From: a virus
Lineage: Duplodnaviria > Caudoviricetes
Length of the DNA: 64,000 nt
Reading direction: 5' to 3' (one strand)
Virus record (IMG/VR): IMGVR_UViG_3300032373_000001
The notes beneath the pieces are model-generated. The model was given only the letters and a program-made list of their open reading frames with translations, ran no database searches and had not been told where the DNA came from. Of the stretch, positions 53,642 through 62,216 are shown piece by piece; the stretch's first letter is position 1, and the number at the start of each line of letters is the position of its first letter. Made by a program: the position numbers and the translations under genes.

Positions 53642-55153
53642 TCACCCCCAGCTGAAGTTCTTCTTGGTGCTGGCGTTCTTCGGGAAGATCAAGCCCAGCA
53701 GGACCTCTACCAGCGCGGGAGCCAGCTCCGAGATGTCGCTCACCGAGACGTGAGCGTTGGGGAACTGGGTCTTGACCGCCGAAGCCCCATCACCGATTCC
53801 CACGCCGATGACGTGGATTCCGGCTTCTTCCGCGAGACGAATCTGGCGCCTGACCACCGCCGGGCAGTTGGGCTCCCCGTCCGTCAGGACGCAGATGACC
53901 CTGTGGTTCTCGGTGCGCTCCTGAAGCTCAAGCAGGGCCATCTGGATGCCATCGCTCAAGGGGGTGCCCCCCGCAGCCCGCAGGGTGGGGATCCGCTCCT
54001 GGGCTACGCCCATGTCCTCTCCCCAGTCCTTGAAGATGTCGATGTGGACGGGGTAGTAGCGGTGGGCGTTGGGTGCCGCGTCCTGGCCGTGGTATCCGGA
54101 ACGGTTGTCGCGCGGCCCGATGATCAGGGTGGGGCAGCCCAGTGGGGTGAGGGCATCACCCAGTGCGAACGCGCCCAGCGCGGCGTTCCGGGTGAGGAAC
54201 TGCATGGACCCGCTCTGGTCCATCACCAGAGCGGCGCTGAGGGTTACATCCGGTCGCTGCACGTTTCGCCAGTCCGGGCGCGTGGGACGCCGGTTGGCCT
54301 TGATCTCGGTCATGGTGTGAACCAAGCGGCGACTGCTCAGCCCCCGGCCGCGACGGACCCCGTGGACCTGCTGGCGGACCCGCGCCTGCAACAGTTTGTT
54401 CCGCAGCTTTGCCTTGATGGCGGCAGCGGCTGCCCGCGCCTGGTTCCGGAGTGCGCGGCCGATCTCGGGGGACGCTTTCCCGGCCAAAGCCATGGTGTCG
54501 GTGGTGGGGAACGGGCTGCGCCACAGCTTCTCACCGTACCGCACGGTCCCTTGCTCGGCAGCCGCTGCCGCCTCGACGGCACCCTCCAAGGCGCTGTTGT
54601 TGTCCTTGAGGCCGTCTTCCTCCCCGTTCTCCCACCCTTCCATCAGCTTCTCGGCCAAGGTCTTGGCTTCGTTGGGGTCGTGTCCGCCAGCGCTGTGGTC
54701 GTCGATGTCCTTGTCAGGGAGGCCATCCTCCTCCGGGGAAGAGGAGGATGAGTCCTGGCAGTCGCCGTCGCTCTCCCCCTCGTCGTCTCCCTCGGTGTTT
54801 TGGGGCTCCCCGTCGCTGGGGTCTCCGTCGCCACCGCCAGACGCGGAGGGGTCTGCGTCTTCGTCAGTTTCGCCACCTTCCCCGTTGCCGTCGGAGGACT
54901 CCTCTCCCTCCTCTCCGTCTTGGCTGTCGTCCCCGGAGTCGCTCCCCGAAGACTCCTCGCCTTCTTCCCCGTCGGAGGAATCGCCGTTCCCGTCCTCCTC
55001 ATCGGAGTCCTGGTCATCAGCGTCGTCGCCGGAGCCCTGGCCCTGCTCGTCTTCGCTGTCGGAGGGCTCCTCGTTCTCGCCTTCGGAGCCCTCACCGGAC
55101 GAGTCTTCGTCGTCCTTCCAGCGGGTGACTTCGGTGTTCAGTGCCACGATCAT
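53642..55153 (-). CDS. VWA (MIDAS) domain protein with long acidic N-terminus, CobT-like
   Basis: VMDQSGSM, GGTPLS, VLTDGEPN, VIGVGIG; long D/E/S/G-rich tract. Confidence 0.85.
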   Translation of the reverse strand: MIVALNTEVTRWKDDEDSSGEGSEGENEEPSDSEDEQGQGSGDDADDQDSDEEDGNGDSSDGEEGEESSGSDSGDDSQDGEEGEESSDGNGEGGETDEDADPSASGGGDGDPSDGEPQNTEGDDEGESDGDCQDSSSSSPEEDGLPDKDIDDHSAGGHDPNEAKTLAEKLMEGWENGEEDGLKDNNSALEGAVEAAAAAEQGTVRYGEKLWRSPFPTTDTMALAGKASPEIGRALRNQARAAAAAIKAKLRNKLLQARVRQQVHGVRRGRGLSSRRLVHTMTEIKANRRPTRPDWRNVQRPDVTLSAALVMDQSGSMQFLTRNAALGAFALGDALTPLGCPTLIIGPRDNRSGYHGQDAAPNAHRYYPVHIDIFKDWGEDMGVAQERIPTLRAAGGTPLSDGIQMALLELQERTENHRVICVLTDGEPNCPAVVRRQIRLAEEAGIHVIGVGIGDGASAVKTQFPNAHVSVSDISELAPALVEVLLGLIFPKNASTKKNFSWG

Positions 55154-55182
55154 GGCTCATCTCCAATGCGGGTTCGTAGACG

Positions 55183-55210
55183 TTACGGCAAGGTGGCAGC
55201 GCGGAAATCA
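55183..55210 (-). promoter_or_regulatory. class-1 promoter motif
   Basis: Exact motif. Confidence 0.75.
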
Positions 55211-55663
55211 ACCGATTGAATCTTCCTCGGTCAACCGGAAAACGGCGATCAACCGGCGGGCCGCGTCGTGGTCGCGCGTGTGGATGTTGGGACCGTCTTG
55301 CACGGTTTCTTCGGGGGTCTGGGGCTGCGTTAGGTCCCACAGCATCGCACGGATCGAGCGCAGCTGTTCGCGGGCATCCCCCAGGTCTTGGAGCATCTGG
55401 ACGGTGTCGACGGTCCCTACCCCAGCAGAGCTCTTGAGCCCTCGCAGCGCCTGGGTCATCCATCCCGTTCCGCCCAGCAGCGTATTGAGCCGCTTGAGCA
55501 GAAGCTCTGCGGAGTTGTCTACAAGCAAGGGGATGCCGCTTTCTGCGATCGTCTGGTACGCCCGCACGCGGTTGAGGAGGTTCAACTCCCCGCCGTTGAG
55601 TTCGGCGTTGTGGGTCGCTTCTTCCCACCCATCCCACGGGTTGGGGTTTTCGGTCTGGCTCAT
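55208..55663 (-). CDS. hypothetical helical protein
   Basis: AGGAGG RBS. Confidence 0.7.
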   Translation of the reverse strand: MSQTENPNPWDGWEEATHNAELNGGELNLLNRVRAYQTIAESGIPLLVDNSAELLLKRLNTLLGGTGWMTQALRGLKSSAGVGTVDTVQMLQDLGDAREQLRSIRAMLWDLTQPQTPEETVQDGPNIHTRDHDAARRLIAVFRLTEEDSIG

Positions 55664-55695
55664 CTCTGACCTCCTCCTTTGTCGGGTCGCCTCCG

Positions 55696-55723
55696 TTACG
55701 GGGAGACGACAGGGCGGAAATCA
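55696..55723 (-). promoter_or_regulatory. class-1 promoter motif (divergent pair, leftward)
   Basis: Exact motif. Confidence 0.75.
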
Positions 55724-55743
55724 ACGAAAATTTGCCCGCTGAC

Positions 55744-55771
55744 TGATTTCGCGGCGTGAGTTTTGCCGTAA
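55744..55771 (+). promoter_or_regulatory. class-1 promoter motif (divergent pair, rightward)
   Basis: Exact motif. Confidence 0.75.
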
Positions 55772-55804
55772 CGGAGGCGAACCTCCTCCTCTTGGGGCTA
55801 ATCG

Positions 55805-56053
55805 ATGAACTCATACCTCGACAGCGCCTTCCAGGCCCTCCTCGCTGGCGATAGCGAGACCGCCCTTCTCGCCCTCGCGAGTGCGCTCCAGCAGCGCGAC
55901 GGCGTGCATGGGAACACGGAGGTCGAAACGGTCCTCCCGGCCACCCAGCAGCTGCGTAACGACCAGCTGGCGGTTGTCTTGCGCGGCGAGGACGATGACG
56001 GCATTTCCACGAGCTACGCGCTCGTGCTCACCCTCACCCACGTGGAGAGCTGA
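55805..56053 (+). CDS. small hypothetical protein
   Basis: 82 aa. Confidence 0.6.
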   Translation: MNSYLDSAFQALLAGDSETALLALASALQQRDGVHGNTEVETVLPATQQLRNDQLAVVLRGEDDDGISTSYALVLTLTHVES

Positions 56054-56054
56054 G

Positions 56055-56264
56055 ATGCCCACTACATCGTCCCTCACGAAAGCGCTGCCGAACCCCCAGC
56101 GGTTCGGCCTCCGCCGCTGCCTGCAAATCTTCGGCCAGTGGTGTCCGGGGTCCGAGAACAAGACCCTGTTCTCGGGTGATGTGGTCATGGGAGCCGACGG
56201 TGACCTCTACATCTTCGCCGGGCGAAAAGACGGCGAAAACCTCCTCGACCCCTACGACGGCTGA
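56055..56264 (+). CDS. small hypothetical protein
   Basis: ATG 56055 follows the upstream stop. Confidence 0.6.
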   Translation: MPTTSSLTKALPNPQRFGLRRCLQIFGQWCPGSENKTLFSGDVVMGADGDLYIFAGRKDGENLLDPYDG

Positions 56265-56280
56265 AATTTCTATGGTGGGT

Positions 56281-56308
56281 TGATTTCCTCCCGCCATGCC
56301 CCCCGTAA
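56281..56308 (+). promoter_or_regulatory. class-1 promoter motif
   Basis: Exact motif. Confidence 0.75.
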
Positions 56309-56337
56309 CGCTGATGACCCCACACGGAGAATCCTCC

Positions 56338-57531
56338 ATGGCTACCGTCCTCAAACTCGAAGATCACCGCGTCGGTTGTGCGGAGTGCGACTACCGCAGC
56401 CACAACCTTGCCCCCCACCTCATGGAGGCCCACAACATGAGCGTCGCCCAGTACCAGTCCGCCCACGCTGGGGCGGGCGTTGTCAGCGCAAAGCTGGCCG
56501 ATGCCTACCACAAGCAGGCCCCGACCCGCAAGCCCGCTCCGCGCGAGGTGAAGACCCTCTTCGTGAATTTCATGGGGTTCAGCGTCCAGGTGGACCTCGG
56601 AGTGCAGCCGGGAGCGTGCCTCCCGGCTCCTGGCGGCTGGCGTTGGCCTACCAAGGGCAAGGCAAAGGAAGCGGTCGAGCGCGGCCTGATGGCCCTCATC
56701 CGCCGCCGTCCTTTCCTGTACTGGGGCATGCCCGGTACGGGCAAGGACGCGCTCATCCACCAGTACAGCGCGATGTCCCGGACCCCGGCTGTCATGATCA
56801 GCTTCCGTCCCGGTGAGGACATCGCGCCGATGTTCTACACCCGGAGCATCGACGCGAGCGGCACCGGATGGGAGTACGGTGAGGTCTGGAAGGCTCTTGT
56901 CGACGGTGTCCTCTGCGAAGACGGTGTCCGCCGCGCACCTCTCCTGCTCCTCAGTGACGTCGACCGGGCGGACCAAGAGCAGGCCGAGTGGTTCCGCCTG
57001 TTGACCGACAGCATCTCCAAGCGCATCAAGGGGCCTGATGGCGCTACCTACCCCCTGTTCACCGACGAGTTCGGCAACTCCCCCTTCTTCGTCTGCACCG
57101 CCAACAGCTGCGGTTCGGGGGACAGCCGGGGTCGGATGGCTTCGGCGCGGGTCATGGACGGCTCCATCCTGGACCGCCTGGGTCGGGGCATCCGCGCCCA
57201 CTACCTCCACACGGACGACGAAATCGCCACCTTCGCCGGCATCTTTCCCGACATCCACGCAAGTCACCCCCAGATGATCCCCCAGCTGGTCAAGGCGGTG
57301 GGTGCGGTGCGGCAGGCCATCGAGGCCGAAGAGGTCTACGCGGAATTCACCTTCCGGGGCGTCTACGACGTGCTCTGCGAGGTGGAGGACCTCATGTTCT
57401 TCAAGAAGAGCAAGGACGGTTCCAAGCTGCTCAAGGCCGGTCTCCAGGCGTGGCTGGGCAAGCAGGAAGGTGACACCGCAGCGGAGGCTCGGCGGCTGAT
57501 GGACCCCCACATCAAGGGTGGCACCATCTGA
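56338..57531 (+). CDS. MoxR/CbbQ/CobS-like AAA+ ATPase with an N-terminal C2H2 finger
   Basis: WGMPGTGKD, LLLSDVDRA, CTANS, ILDRL; N-terminal CAEC...HLMEAHNMSVAQY. Confidence 0.85.
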   Translation: MATVLKLEDHRVGCAECDYRSHNLAPHLMEAHNMSVAQYQSAHAGAGVVSAKLADAYHKQAPTRKPAPREVKTLFVNFMGFSVQVDLGVQPGACLPAPGGWRWPTKGKAKEAVERGLMALIRRRPFLYWGMPGTGKDALIHQYSAMSRTPAVMISFRPGEDIAPMFYTRSIDASGTGWEYGEVWKALVDGVLCEDGVRRAPLLLLSDVDRADQEQAEWFRLLTDSISKRIKGPDGATYPLFTDEFGNSPFFVCTANSCGSGDSRGRMASARVMDGSILDRLGRGIRAHYLHTDDEIATFAGIFPDIHASHPQMIPQLVKAVGAVRQAIEAEEVYAEFTFRGVYDVLCEVEDLMFFKKSKDGSKLLKAGLQAWLGKQEGDTAAEARRLMDPHIKGGTI

Positions 57532-57613
57532 GTCGCCACCCCGCCCAGAAGGGGCTCCTCAGAGCCCTGCTTTTGACTCTACCTCTACTCACCCCCGCAC
57601 CAAGGAGCTATCC

Positions 57614-57775
57614 ATGCGAGCCTACGGATTCAAGCCCAAGACCAGCAAGGACGAGGACCGCCCGCGTGACTGGACCAGTCGTCGCGTCAAGAAGGCCCTC
57701 AACCGGCTGCGCGAGCTGAGCAACCGCCGTACTCGTTCCCGTACCCGCCGCGACCTTCGGGGTCAGTGCCGCTGA
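57614..57775 (+). CDS. small Arg-rich protein
   Basis: AAGGAG RBS; 53 aa. Confidence 0.6.
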   Translation: MRAYGFKPKTSKDEDRPRDWTSRRVKKALNRLRELSNRRTRSRTRRDLRGQCR

Positions 57776-57813
57776 TCGGCGGACGATTAACTTTCGGCAA
57801 GCCGAGGATACCC

Positions 57814-58263
57814 ATGAGCAAAGACATTCACCTGAGCTGGGAGCGCTACATGGAGGCACTCGTCCGCATTCGCGGTCGCATCGCCGGGGGCATCAAGGTC
57901 CGCGAGAGCGCGGAGGCCGAGTGTAGCGTGGGGTTCTGCTCCAACATCAAGGTACAGTGGCCCGACCCCCAGGACTACCTCTGGCCCGACCAACCCGACC
58001 GAGTGGTGCCGAAGTACCGTGACGTGGGCCAGGTATGCCCGTTGGACCGCGCCTCACAGACCCCCCTCAGCGAGCACAAGCTGTACCCTTCGGGATGCTA
58101 CTACAGCTGCGAGTTCTTCAACCCGGAGCGCACGGGATGGCTCCCGCCTCGACCGGGGAAAAAGAAGAAGCGGCCAGTCTACCGACAGCTCACCCGCGAG
58201 CGGGTTCTCGCGCTTTACGATGAGCAAATTCGACGCGCCGCCGAATTTTGCGGTTGGGGTTGA
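57814..58263 (+). CDS. Cys-rich hypothetical protein
   Basis: CSVGFC, CPLD, CYYSCEFF. Confidence 0.65.
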   Translation: MSKDIHLSWERYMEALVRIRGRIAGGIKVRESAEAECSVGFCSNIKVQWPDPQDYLWPDQPDRVVPKYRDVGQVCPLDRASQTPLSEHKLYPSGCYYSCEFFNPERTGWLPPRPGKKKKRPVYRQLTRERVLALYDEQIRRAAEFCGWG

Positions 58264-58288
58264 TTTCGGGCGGAGATGGTGCCCGTAA
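58261..58288 (+). promoter_or_regulatory. class-1 promoter motif
   Basis: Exact motif plus CGAGGGTGA. Confidence 0.75.
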
Positions 58289-58318
58289 CGAGGGTGAGCC
58301 CCAACCAAGGAGCCTCTT

Positions 58319-58660
58319 GTGAGCATCATGAAATTCGCCCCCTTCGGACGCCCCCCGACACCTGAGTTGATCGCTTGGGCCCTGGAGGGTCTCGGCAGCG
58401 CCATCCGCGCCATGGGCCTCCAGCGAGTCGAAGTGGCCGTGGCGGTCGCGGACGACCCGTCCGAGGATCAGATCGAGGCGATGGGGAAGCTCCACGGCCA
58501 CTTTGGTGGGCAGTTCGAGCTGGGCGACTACAACTACGAGTTCGTCGCCCGCGTCTTCGAGACCCTCGGCCTCAGCGCCAAGAGCGACAACCTCTCCGAC
58601 GGGGAGCCCCAGCGGTCCACCATCACAGCCCGCATCGACGGCCCCGCCACCTTCTCGTAG
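58319..58660 (+). CDS. hypothetical protein
   Basis: AAGGAG RBS. Confidence 0.7.
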   Translation: MSIMKFAPFGRPPTPELIAWALEGLGSAIRAMGLQRVEVAVAVADDPSEDQIEAMGKLHGHFGGQFELGDYNYEFVARVFETLGLSAKSDNLSDGEPQRSTITARIDGPATFS

Positions 58661-58669
58661 GGGCTTCTC

Positions 58670-59041
58670 ATGAAGTACAAAGGCCATGAGTGGAAACTCA
58701 ACCGCAACTACTGGTGGCGTCCTTTTGACGCCACACGGGACGACCCAGAGGGCAAGATGGAGGGCATCGGCCCCAACTACTGTGTCATCGTCCGCATGGA
58801 AGGGTGTGTCGTGGAGGGCACCGGGTGCATCTCCGGTACGCTGACACGGAGTCAGCCTGCGATCGGGATCGGAGGTTGGTTCGCCACCAACCAGCTGTAC
58901 GGCAAGGCCGTCGCTCACCGGCGAAGCCCTCTGACCGTCGACGGCATCACCTACTCGGAGCACTGGGCCCGTCGGGTGTACCTCGTGTACGACGGCTGGG
59001 TCTACACCCGAACCCACCGCATGATCCAGAAGCCTGGATAA
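58670..59041 (+). CDS. hypothetical protein
   Basis: 123 aa. Confidence 0.7.
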   Translation: MKYKGHEWKLNRNYWWRPFDATRDDPEGKMEGIGPNYCVIVRMEGCVVEGTGCISGTLTRSQPAIGIGGWFATNQLYGKAVAHRRSPLTVDGITYSEHWARRVYLVYDGWVYTRTHRMIQKPG

Positions 59042-59053
59042 ATTGGGACTCGT

Positions 59054-59081
59054 GGATTTCTGCGGCGGTCCCCTCCCGTAA
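59054..59081 (+). promoter_or_regulatory. class-1 promoter variant
   Basis: GGATTTC-N15-CCGTAA (one mismatch), upstream of the structured RNA. Confidence 0.6.
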
Positions 59082-59087
59082 AGTTTG

Positions 59088-59343
59088 TGTGCGCTGAGGA
59101 AGTCGGGGGTTCAACTCCCCCCTCCCCCTCCCCCTTCTGGGGGACAGGGCAGATTCCCCCAGAAGGGGGAGGTCCGGTGAACCTCAGTGAGTGCTGGCAG
59201 GCCACGTTCCTTTTGCCTGCCCGACGCCGATAGGTTCGGCTACCTACCCCCGTGAACGGTTTGACGGTGAGGGGGTGGGGAAGACAGGTCCTGTCCGACA
59301 GTGGTGTCGGGGAAGCGTGCGGGTTCGACTCCCGCCGGGACCT
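59088..59343 (+). ncRNA. structured non-coding RNA ending in an anticodon-armless tRNA-like domain (copy 1; core 59287-59342)
   Basis: Acceptor GGTCCTG/CGGGACC; D-like arm CCGAC-AGTGGT-GTCGG; linker GGAAGCGT; T-arm GCGGG-TTCGACT-CCCGC. Outer boundaries approximate. Confidence 0.7.
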
Positions 59344-59367
59344 TTTCCCACCTAATAGGAGACTCTC

Positions 59368-59637
59368 ATGCTCCTCCGAGCACTCCACGGAACGCCCGGC
59401 CAATGTAACCGGAGCCTCCGCCTTGCGACGATGCTTGGCCTTCGCGAGCGGTTCCTGCTCCGGGGGTTGTGGAGCCAGGCCCCCGAGCAGGCCGTCGAGC
59501 TCGTCTTGTCCCTGGCCCCAGACCACCCCAAGACGGCGCATCTTAGGGAGACCCTCGCCCGCGCCGAGCAGGGAAACTTCGAGGCCGAGGAATCCCTGCG
59601 GGTCGAGTGGGGTCTGTACTGGACCTCCGAAGAATAG
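59368..59637 (+). CDS. small hypothetical protein
   Basis: AGGAG RBS. Confidence 0.65.
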   Translation: MLLRALHGTPGQCNRSLRLATMLGLRERFLLRGLWSQAPEQAVELVLSLAPDHPKTAHLRETLARAEQGNFEAEESLRVEWGLYWTSEE

Positions 59638-59656
59638 AGGATTTTGTCTCGACGGT

Positions 59657-59684
59657 TGATTTCGAGCGTGAATTTTGCCCGTAA
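59657..59684 (+). promoter_or_regulatory. class-1 promoter motif
   Basis: Exact motif plus TGAGGGTGA. Confidence 0.8.
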
Positions 59685-59725
59685 TGAGGGTGATTCTGCA
59701 CCTCACCAACCCGCCGGAGTACGCC

Positions 59726-60109
59726 ATGACTGCCCTCGCCGCCACCGAGACCATCGACAAGCCCCTCACCTCCACCCAGCGCGAGGTCCTGGCCGCCCTC
59801 TCCTTCTGCTTCAAGGCGGACGCCTTCGGCCGGGTCGACTCGAACAAGACGTTCAGCCGCATCAAGACCCTGTACTCCCGGGACAAGGGCACCTACGAGC
59901 ACTGCTTCGCGGTCGCCTGCCCCACGCGGACGATGAACGTGCTCCTCCGCGACGGCTGGATCGAGAAGGTCCCCCAGATCCCCGGCTACTACCGCGGGAA
60001 CGACTATCGCCTCAGCGCGAAGGCGCTGGCCACCGTCGCCCCCGACAGCCAGTGCGACGCAGCCAAGCTGTGGCGCTCCTGCGCGGCAGCGCGCGGCTAC
60101 GACATCTGA
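59726..60109 (+). CDS. winged-helix-like protein
   Basis: LTSTQREVL...TMNVLLRDGWI...YRLSAKA. Confidence 0.6.
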   Translation: MTALAATETIDKPLTSTQREVLAALSFCFKADAFGRVDSNKTFSRIKTLYSRDKGTYEHCFAVACPTRTMNVLLRDGWIEKVPQIPGYYRGNDYRLSAKALATVAPDSQCDAAKLWRSCAAARGYDI

Positions 60110-60122
60110 TCGGATACTGCCC

Positions 60123-60150
60123 ACCCCCTCCCGCTGCGGGAGGGGGTTTT
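60123..60150 (+). terminator. terminator
   Basis: ACCCCCTCCCGC/GCGGGAGGGGGT followed by TTT. Confidence 0.75.
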
Positions 60151-60169
60151 CGCAATTTGGCTCGACGGT

Positions 60170-60197
60170 TGATTTCGGGGGCTGGATTTTGCCGTAA
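60170..60197 (+). promoter_or_regulatory. class-1 promoter motif
   Basis: Exact motif plus TGAGGGTGA. Confidence 0.8.
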
Positions 60198-60229
60198 TGA
60201 GGGTGAACCTGTAATCTAAGGATCCTGCC

Positions 60230-60523
60230 ATGACCGAACTTGAAGGTCAGGTTTTGGTGCTGATGCGCCATTACCACACACACATTCCCGGCATGCGCGC
60301 CGTGCCCCGCGAGTTGGCACGGGACCCCGATGCCTACGTGGGGCACGACGGCCGGGAGGTTCACTGGGGTGAGTCCCTGACCGATCCCTCCGGCCTTATT
60401 GACGCCCCCGAGCCCGCCGTCCGCGCAGCCCTGGATGCTCTTGTTGCTCAGGGTTGGGTCACTAAGGCCATGCGCGGAGGTTCCCCCACCGGAGGTTACG
60501 CCTACCAGGAGAAGTCCCGATGA
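60230..60523 (+). CDS. winged-helix-like protein
   Basis: TELEGQVL...AVRAALDALVAQGWV...GY. Confidence 0.6.
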   Translation: MTELEGQVLVLMRHYHTHIPGMRAVPRELARDPDAYVGHDGREVHWGESLTDPSGLIDAPEPAVRAALDALVAQGWVTKAMRGGSPTGGYAYQEKSR

Positions 60524-61020
60524 CAGTGCAGCGGCCAAGCAAGCCTTCCCCCGCCCCCTCCCGCGCGCTGCTGGAACGCCTCCTTGCCCGGTTGCAGGGC
60601 GTGCGTGCCGGCTTTGTTTCGTCGCACGCCCGCGCCCAGATGGAACGCGACCCGGACCTGGAGATGATCCTGGGCGCGGGAGAGACCTGGCTCCCCGGAG
60701 AAGTGCGCGTGCTCCAGGCCCACGGACCAAACGGGCACTGCCACTGGAACGTCAGCAGGATGTTCCAGCGTGGGGAGATCGACGCCATCGTCCTCGGCTA
60801 TGCCTACACCTACTTGGATGGCTGGCACCAGCACACCTGGGGGTTGAACAAAGGGCCGGTCGATGAGGTCGTTGAGACGACCTCCGGCAACGCCAGCGCG
60901 ACCGTATACTTCGGCGCAGAGTTGATGGAAGATGCCAGCTTCCACTTCGCGGAATGGTGCCACCGCAACGCGCCGGGTCAGGGGAGGGTCCGAAGGGTAC
61001 GCGGGCGGGGCGAAATTTGA
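60520..61020 (+). CDS. hypothetical protein
   Basis: ATGA-coupled; CHWN, GYAY, WHQHTW. Confidence 0.7.
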   Translation: MTVQRPSKPSPAPSRALLERLLARLQGVRAGFVSSHARAQMERDPDLEMILGAGETWLPGEVRVLQAHGPNGHCHWNVSRMFQRGEIDAIVLGYAYTYLDGWHQHTWGLNKGPVDEVVETTSGNASATVYFGAELMEDASFHFAEWCHRNAPGQGRVRRVRGRGEI

Positions 61021-61037
61021 AAAGCATCGCCCCTGGT

Positions 61038-61065
61038 TGATTTCCGCTGACCGCCCAGCCCGTAA
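61038..61065 (+). promoter_or_regulatory. class-1 promoter motif
   Basis: Exact motif. Confidence 0.75.
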
Positions 61066-61105
61066 CGACTACGCACCCACCACCCCACAACATCGGAGCC
61101 TTTTC

Positions 61106-61504
61106 ATGACCGTCGTAGCCATGACCAAGTCCCGCGCCTCCCAGATCAACGCCGACATCGAGGAAGCCCTCAAGCAGGTTGCCGCCAAGCACGCCCTCCA
61201 GTTCCGGACGGAGGGTGGTGTCGTTTTCGACACCCGCGCCAACACCCTCCGGGGCAAGTGGAAGATGACCGGCATCGTTCTGGAAGGCCAGAACACAGGC
61301 AAGCCCTCCGACTTCGACTCCAACGCCAGTCGGGTCGGGGCAAGCCCCGACTGGTGGGGTCAGAAGATCGTCAGCCGGGGCTCGCTCCTGACCGTAGTGG
61401 ACATCAAGCCCCGGAACTCCAAGTACCCCATCATCTGCCAGCACGGCGTCAACGGCCGAAGCTACAAGTTGTCCGTCGACCGGGTCCGCCGCCTGCTGTC
61501 CTGA
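61106..61504 (+). CDS. hypothetical protein
   Basis: GGAG RBS before ATG 61106. Confidence 0.7.
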   Translation: MTVVAMTKSRASQINADIEEALKQVAAKHALQFRTEGGVVFDTRANTLRGKWKMTGIVLEGQNTGKPSDFDSNASRVGASPDWWGQKIVSRGSLLTVVDIKPRNSKYPIICQHGVNGRSYKLSVDRVRRLLS

Positions 61505-61513
61505 CGGCTTCCC

Positions 61514-61550
61514 TCTCCCGGTGTCTCCGGACACCGGGAGATCTGTTTTT
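61514..61550 (+). terminator. terminator
   Basis: TCTCCCGGTGTC-TCCG-GACACCGGGAGA followed by TCTGTTTTT. Confidence 0.8.
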
Positions 61551-61579
61551 GCTTTCTGCTTCTACTCTCGGAGAGTTAA

Positions 61580-61834
61580 ATGCCTGACTTCCTCAAGGAC
61601 CTCGCTGGTATCCTCGGCGACGATGTCGACCTGGGTGCTGTGCCGGTTGTGTCAGAGCGGCTCCAAGAGCGGGCACTGGACCTCGCCCGCTCCTTCGAAA
61701 ACCTCTCCTGCCTCCCGGTGGCAGAGCAAGACAACCCTGCGGCGTGGAACGACCTCTACGCCGAGATCTCTTCCCTCCGCCATGCAGCCTTGAGTGCAGG
61801 GCTCGGGGAATTCTTCGACTGGCTCAACGACTAA
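61580..61834 (+). CDS. small acidic protein
   Basis: 84 aa. Confidence 0.7.
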   Translation: MPDFLKDLAGILGDDVDLGAVPVVSERLQERALDLARSFENLSCLPVAEQDNPAAWNDLYAEISSLRHAALSAGLGEFFDWLND

Positions 61835-61845
61835 AGGGAGTCCTC

Positions 61846-62205
61846 ATGACGAACCGTGTTCGCGTAAACCTCTTCTCCAGCGACCTCGGCAACGCCTCGA
61901 ACGGTGGGGTCTCGGCACGCTTCAAGAAGTTCGCCCTCTACCGAGAGCACCCCTCGGAGGAGCAGGTCCAGGAAGATCTCGCTGCCGGCGTCTGCCCGCT
62001 GCTGGTGGTGCACCGTCCCAACCCCGACGTGTATCCGCCCTACGCCCGCCCCGTTCTCGACCAGGGTGGCATCGGCCCCATGTACGGAGGCTGCATCGTT
62101 CATGCCTCCGACAGCCGCTACAAGGATGTGGTCGGCAGCTTCCACCCGCTGAAGCTGCACGACCGCTGGGAGTCCCAAGCCCTCTACAACCGCCTCTGCA
62201 ACTGA
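61846..62205 (+). CDS. conserved-looking hypothetical protein
   Basis: SNGGVS...MYGG...SDSRY...LHDRWE. Confidence 0.7.
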   Translation: MTNRVRVNLFSSDLGNASNGGVSARFKKFALYREHPSEEQVQEDLAAGVCPLLVVHRPNPDVYPPYARPVLDQGGIGPMYGGCIVHASDSRYKDVVGSFHPLKLHDRWESQALYNRLCN

Positions 62206-62216
62206 AGGAGCCCGCT

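Noticed and set aside
54700-55130. GA-rich repetitive tract as a DNA repeat element
   Set aside because: Explained by the Asp/Glu/Ser/Gly-rich linker of the VWA protein.
53642-57531. CobS/CobT as cobalamin biosynthesis genes serving the class II RNR
   Set aside because: No CobN or other cob genes; MoxR/VWA pairs are general remodellers.
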